Assembly (NCBI GenBank): GCA_048885535.1
Contig: JBHLLO010000017.1
Location: forward strand, 1 to 19,892
From: Candidatus Hermodarchaeota archaeon
Lineage (GTDB): Archaea; Asgardarchaeota; Lokiarchaeia; Sigyniarchaeales; SOKP01
DNA length: 19,892 nt
Direction of reading: 5' to 3'
Shown here: piece after piece, positions 16,384 through 19,892 of the stretch
How positions within the stretch are numbered: position 1 is the first letter of the stretch
How the letters are laid out: each line of letters starts with the position of its first letter
Made by a program: the position numbers and the translations under genes
The notes under the pieces: generated by a model
What the model was told of the DNA's origin: nothing
The model's database searches: none
The model's input: only the letters and a program-made list of their open reading frames with translations

Positions 16384-16417
16384 GATTCTCTAAATCACAT
16401 AGTCTATATCTATATTA

Positions 16418-16431
16418 TTTTTTTTATTTTT
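16418..16431 (+). terminator. Putative oligo-T terminator of the ferredoxin gene
   Basis: T8-A-T5 tract downstream of the stop at 16383. Confidence 0.4.
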
Positions 16432-16457
16432 AATATCGTTATGTTTAAATAATTATA

Positions 16458-16802
16458 TTATATAATTTCTATATTCTCTAAAGGAATCCATCCAGATTTT
16501 CCCATTTTTGAAGATACCCAGACCCATCCACTTTCTTCTTTTTCAATCAGAAATTCTTCCCCTATAGATGCTGTTAATTCTGTAGCATTATAATCTTTTG
16601 CCATTTCTGCATAGCCCTTATGAATTTTAATGTAACTTCTAGGGACCCACCCAGATTTGGTTGATTTATTAATAGCCCATACCCATCCTGGCCAATCACA
16701 TTCTCTATCTTCTATACTCACCCTTTCTCCTTTTTTGAGAATTATGGGGTCAGGGAAGGGTGTTTTATACTCCTTGATTACTCTACAGTATTTGTTTATC
16801 AT
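16458..16802 (-). CDS. Tandem SH3-domain protein
   Basis: Two SH3-like units: VIKEY...ILKKGERV...GWVW...SGWVPRSYI and KDYNATELTASIGE...GWVW...SGWIPLENI. Confidence 0.88.
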   Translation of the reverse strand: MINKYCRVIKEYKTPFPDPIILKKGERVSIEDRECDWPGWVWAINKSTKSGWVPRSYIKIHKGYAEMAKDYNATELTASIGEEFLIEKEESGWVWVSSKMGKSGWIPLENIEII

Positions 16803-16869
16803 CTTTTTAATTGTATATTTGTCTATTAATCTTAAGAGTAAAGTTTCAATATTTAAATATTATATCAGC

Positions 16870-16897
16870 ATTTCGTGAAATCCCTCTTTCACGAAAT
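16870..16897. promoter_or_regulatory. Perfect 11-bp inverted repeat (hairpin or dimeric operator)
   Basis: ATTTCGTGAAA-tccctc-TTTCACGAAAT, about 70 bp upstream of the SH3 gene and next to a TATA-like segment at ~16851-16865. The function is not established. Confidence 0.55.
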
Positions 16898-16981
16898 TTC
16901 ATCCATACTTAGGAATATACTAGATATTCTTTCCTCTTCCAGATTATCAACCTCTTCAAAAATCCTCTGGATATTTAACAT
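16889..16981 (-). CDS. Possible 30-aa acidic small ORF
   Basis: Manual translation MLNIQRIFEEVDNLEEERISSIFLSMDEIS*, preceded by AGGTTGA. The TGA stop lies inside the hairpin. Confidence 0.25.
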   Translation of the reverse strand: MLNIQRIFEEVDNLEEERISSIFLSMDEIS

Positions 16982-17097
16982 AAATCAACCTAGGTACTTG
17001 AATTAAATCTATTGAATGAATATTTACGATTGATTATATTCCTTTTTAGAAAAATTGGCCTTGAAAGTCTAATTCTAGAAAAATAGAGGATTTAAGA

Positions 17098-18204
17098 TTA
17101 CCATAATAAAATTTTATTACAATTTTTACAGACACCTTCATTAATCTGCATGTTAAGACAAGTTTCATGGTATGAGGTTTTACAGGCATTACACATATAA
17201 ATTTTTCCTGCATATTCACCAAAATCATATCCACAATACCCACATTTGCTAGCGAATGAGAATCCACTACTAGTAACATTAACTTCAACAATCTGTGAAG
17301 TTCCCGTTAATCCGCTTACACTATCTGAAGGTGTTAAATAGTTACCTTGTTGATTTGATGTTGTATATTTTTGTTGAGGTTGTTGGATACCTTCCCAATC
17401 AGAAACATATCCAGATGTGGGTGTTTTTGAAATACCAGTTTTTTGAGAAACCTTTTCATCTAAAATATTTGTTAAGATAAGCGCTGAAGCATATTTTCCC
17501 TTTATTCCTCCTTTCTGCAAGTGAGTATGAGAGATCATATGAATTACCCTTCCACCTGTTTTGCCATAATCAAAATATACGAAAACCGGAGATTCACCCC
17601 ATTTTCTTAAGATTTCTTGTGATGAAATTAAAACTTGAACATTTGGATTCATGATACTAATTGGAAAACTTTTAGTTTCTAACCACCATCTAAATTCTGT
17701 TTTTTTAGTATTTTTGACGTTCTTTTTTTGCCATTTATTTTGTTGTATTTCGCTAAGGACTCCATCAAGATAGGGATGATTAGGTTCCATTATTTGGCAG
17801 GCTACAACTGCATCTGCGGTTTTTTGTCCGTTCCAACGGATATAACCCGGGAAAATTACTTCTACGAGTGTTTTTATCGCCCAATCTGTTGTTATTAGCC
17901 AACCGCCATTCGAAGATACATAATCTTTCACTTTGGGAAAAGCAGAATGAGGAATCTCATCACCAGGACATCCAATTAACACAATATCATAGTTATTAAG
18001 ATCATATTTCATGATTTCTTTTGGTTTTATTGTTTCACGGGTGGCAGCATACATATGTTCAATAATTTTTTTAGGTTTCTCATACCGTCCTTCAACTGCA
18101 AGAATTTTACCGTGCTTTTCAACAGCTTTTACAACATCCTTTTTATTAAGAGCTTCCATTTTACGCTGTTTAACTTCAGAATATAAATCTTTCCAGCTAC
18201 TCAT
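17098..18204 (-). CDS. Class I glutamine-amidotransferase-like (flavodoxin-like) domain, S/T/Q-rich linker, and C-terminal C4HC3 RING/PHD-type zinc finger
   Basis: 'LNNYDIVLIGCPG...VKDYVSSNGGWLITTDWA...GRVIH' in the N-terminal part. The C-terminus reads C-x2-C-x13-C-x2-C-x4-H-x2-C-x9-C-x2-C (17119-17244). Confidence 0.7.
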   Translation of the reverse strand: MSSWKDLYSEVKQRKMEALNKKDVVKAVEKHGKILAVEGRYEKPKKIIEHMYAATRETIKPKEIMKYDLNNYDIVLIGCPGDEIPHSAFPKVKDYVSSNGGWLITTDWAIKTLVEVIFPGYIRWNGQKTADAVVACQIMEPNHPYLDGVLSEIQQNKWQKKNVKNTKKTEFRWWLETKSFPISIMNPNVQVLISSQEILRKWGESPVFVYFDYGKTGGRVIHMISHTHLQKGGIKGKYASALILTNILDEKVSQKTGISKTPTSGYVSDWEGIQQPQQKYTTSNQQGNYLTPSDSVSGLTGTSQIVEVNVTSSGFSFASKCGYCGYDFGEYAGKIYMCNACKTSYHETCLNMQINEGVCKNCNKILLW

Positions 18205-18288
18205 CTAAAATCTCTCACATCAAAATTTAATGTTATTTTTATAAAACTAATAAAAAAATAAATATTTATACTTTCATTGTTAACAAAT

Positions 18289-19791
18289 ATGACTGAATAT
18301 TTAAAAGAATTAGGAGAACCACTAGAATTTTGGGAATATTTCTATAAAATTTCAAAAATCCCCCGATGTTCTGGACATGAGGGTCAAATAAGACTTTTTA
18401 TTCAAAAAGAAGCAGAAAAAATGGGTTATCAAACTAAAATAGATAAAATAAATAACATTATAATCAAAATTCCTTCAAGTTCGAGTGAAAATAATGAATT
18501 AGTTATTTCTTTACAAAGTCACATGGATATGGTTTGTGAGAAAAATGACGATGTAATCCATGATTTTTCAAAGGATCCATTAGATTTGGAAATAATTGAA
18601 ATCGACAGTGAAAAATGGATAACTGCAAAAGGTACAACATTAGGAGCGGATAATGCTGTTGGAATAGCGTACCAACTAACAATTATGAAAAAAATTTATA
18701 AAAAAGAGTTGGATTTAGGACCAATATCATTAAATCTCTTATTTACTGTAGATGAAGAGAGAGGACTTACAGGAGCAAGTCAGTTCGACAAAGAATTTAT
18801 AATCGGTCCTTATATGATAAATTTAGACTCAGAAGGAGATAAAACTTTCACAATTGGAGCTGCAGGGGGTAGAGTTTTTGAAGTTAGCTTACAAATTGAA
18901 AAAAAAAATGTTGATCAAGGTGATGATTTAATTCCAATAAAGCTAATGGTTACAGGTTTGACTGGTGGTCATTCTGGGGTGGATATTGATAAAGGCAGAG
19001 CAAACGCATTAAATTTACTTTCTCAATTTTTATGGAAATTAAATAGAAGCTATAAAATTCATCTAATCTCTCTAAATGGTGGCAACCTAGATAATGCAAT
19101 CCCTAGAGAAGCAGAGGTTTTGTTTTTTGCTAAAAGAAGTGATTTCTCAAGTATAAGTGAATTTATAGAGCATAATTATCCCCAAATTAAGAAATTATAT
19201 GAAAGTATTGAGTCTGACATCGATATTGGTATTAAGCAAGAAGAACGTTCAAACAAGTTCTCAATAATCTCAGAAGATATCCAAAATAGGTTAATTAATC
19301 TATTATTTTTACTACAAAATGGTCCTGTTCATTTGCATCCAATAACTAAGGAATTAGTCCACACTTCAACTAATTTTGCTTCAATAAAAACGGAAACAAA
19401 TTCTATAAAATTTGTAGTTAGTCAAAGAAGCTTAACTCAATATGATCAAGATAATCTTTATGATCAATTTCAAACTCTATTTGAAACATCTGGATTGAAG
19501 CTTAAGACCGTTATTAAATATGAATATCCAAGTTGGCCTCCTAATTTTAATTCAAAGATTTCAAAATTAGCTGCCGAAACCTATAGAGAATTATTTAAAA
19601 GTGATGTTATAATAAAAGCTATTCATGCTGGCTTAGAATGCGCTTACTTTAAACATCATTTTCCCAATGTGGAAATTATTTCAATTGGACCAACTATTAT
19701 CGATGTTCATTCACCAGATGAACGGTTAAAAATAAAAAGTGCAGAAAAAATCTGGAATTTCCTAATATCATTATTGAAGAAATTAGTTTAG
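18289..19791 (+). CDS. pepD: Aminoacyl-histidine (beta-Ala-His) dipeptidase PepD, peptidase M20
   Basis: IPRCSGHE, LQSHMDMVCEKN, GTTLGADN, TVDEE.GL.GA, GGHSG.DI, IHAGLEC, HSPDER. Start ATG 18289 (TTG 18277 in the ORF track). Confidence 0.95.
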   Translation: MTEYLKELGEPLEFWEYFYKISKIPRCSGHEGQIRLFIQKEAEKMGYQTKIDKINNIIIKIPSSSSENNELVISLQSHMDMVCEKNDDVIHDFSKDPLDLEIIEIDSEKWITAKGTTLGADNAVGIAYQLTIMKKIYKKELDLGPISLNLLFTVDEERGLTGASQFDKEFIIGPYMINLDSEGDKTFTIGAAGGRVFEVSLQIEKKNVDQGDDLIPIKLMVTGLTGGHSGVDIDKGRANALNLLSQFLWKLNRSYKIHLISLNGGNLDNAIPREAEVLFFAKRSDFSSISEFIEHNYPQIKKLYESIESDIDIGIKQEERSNKFSIISEDIQNRLINLLFLLQNGPVHLHPITKELVHTSTNFASIKTETNSIKFVVSQRSLTQYDQDNLYDQFQTLFETSGLKLKTVIKYEYPSWPPNFNSKISKLAAETYRELFKSDVIIKAIHAGLECAYFKHHFPNVEIISIGPTIIDVHSPDERLKIKSAEKIWNFLISLLKKLV

Positions 19792-19892
19792 ATATTCTGA
19801 AAATAAGGTTTAGAACTAAAAAGTTTTTAATTTAAAAAAAATTAATATTTTGTAGATAAAAAGCAATTTTCAAATAAACATGCAAAAAAAGG

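Noticed and set aside
16862-16908. Functional SECIS element with a selenoprotein
   Set aside because: An AUGA...UGA core is present, but the upstream same-strand gene has no in-frame UGA (TAA stop, TAG directly before its ATG). Read-through of the small ORF's UGA yields only a few more residues. Kept only as a generic hairpin finding.
15358-18208. ORFs 15358-15558(+), 16657-16878(+), 17295-17480(+), 18011-18208(+) and 17046-17291(-)
   Set aside because: They overlap better-supported genes, antisense or in another frame, and show no recognisable motifs.
1-19892. tRNA, rRNA, CRISPR arrays, transposases or integrases
   Set aside because: Intergenic gaps are short and AT-rich, with no cloverleaf, no regularly spaced repeats and no recombinase motifs recognised by eye.

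Overview
AT-rich archaeal window, most likely from an Asgard archaeon of the Lokiarchaeia type. That assignment is inferred from the archaeal-type r-proteins (eS4, eL19, eL32, Rpp29), a roadblock/LC7 protein and several eukaryote-like domains. The core is a 19-gene minus-strand S10/spc-type cluster: uS19-uL22-uS3-uL29-Rpp29-uS17-uL14-uL24-eS4-uL5-uS14-uS8-uL6-eL32-eL19-uL18-uS5-uL30-uL15. uS14 was missed by the ORF track. The cluster lacks uL3-uL4-uL23-uL2 upstream and secY downstream, and several of its proteins carry very acidic terminal extensions. On the left are a partial roadblock gene and a divergent locus that looks like a cobalamin-uptake module: a CbrT-like ECF S-component, a DUF4430/transcobalamin-like protein and a secreted tandem-repeat surface protein. 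On the right are ribokinase, a PMI-like cupin, a small DPM2-like membrane protein, a BBS2/ITFG2-like beta-propeller, a ferredoxin, a tandem-SH3 protein, a perfect hairpin with a small ORF, a GATase-like protein with a C4HC3 RING/PHD finger, and pepD. No tRNA, rRNA, CRISPR array or mobile element was recognised. All family calls come from motif recognition by eye; no database searches were run.
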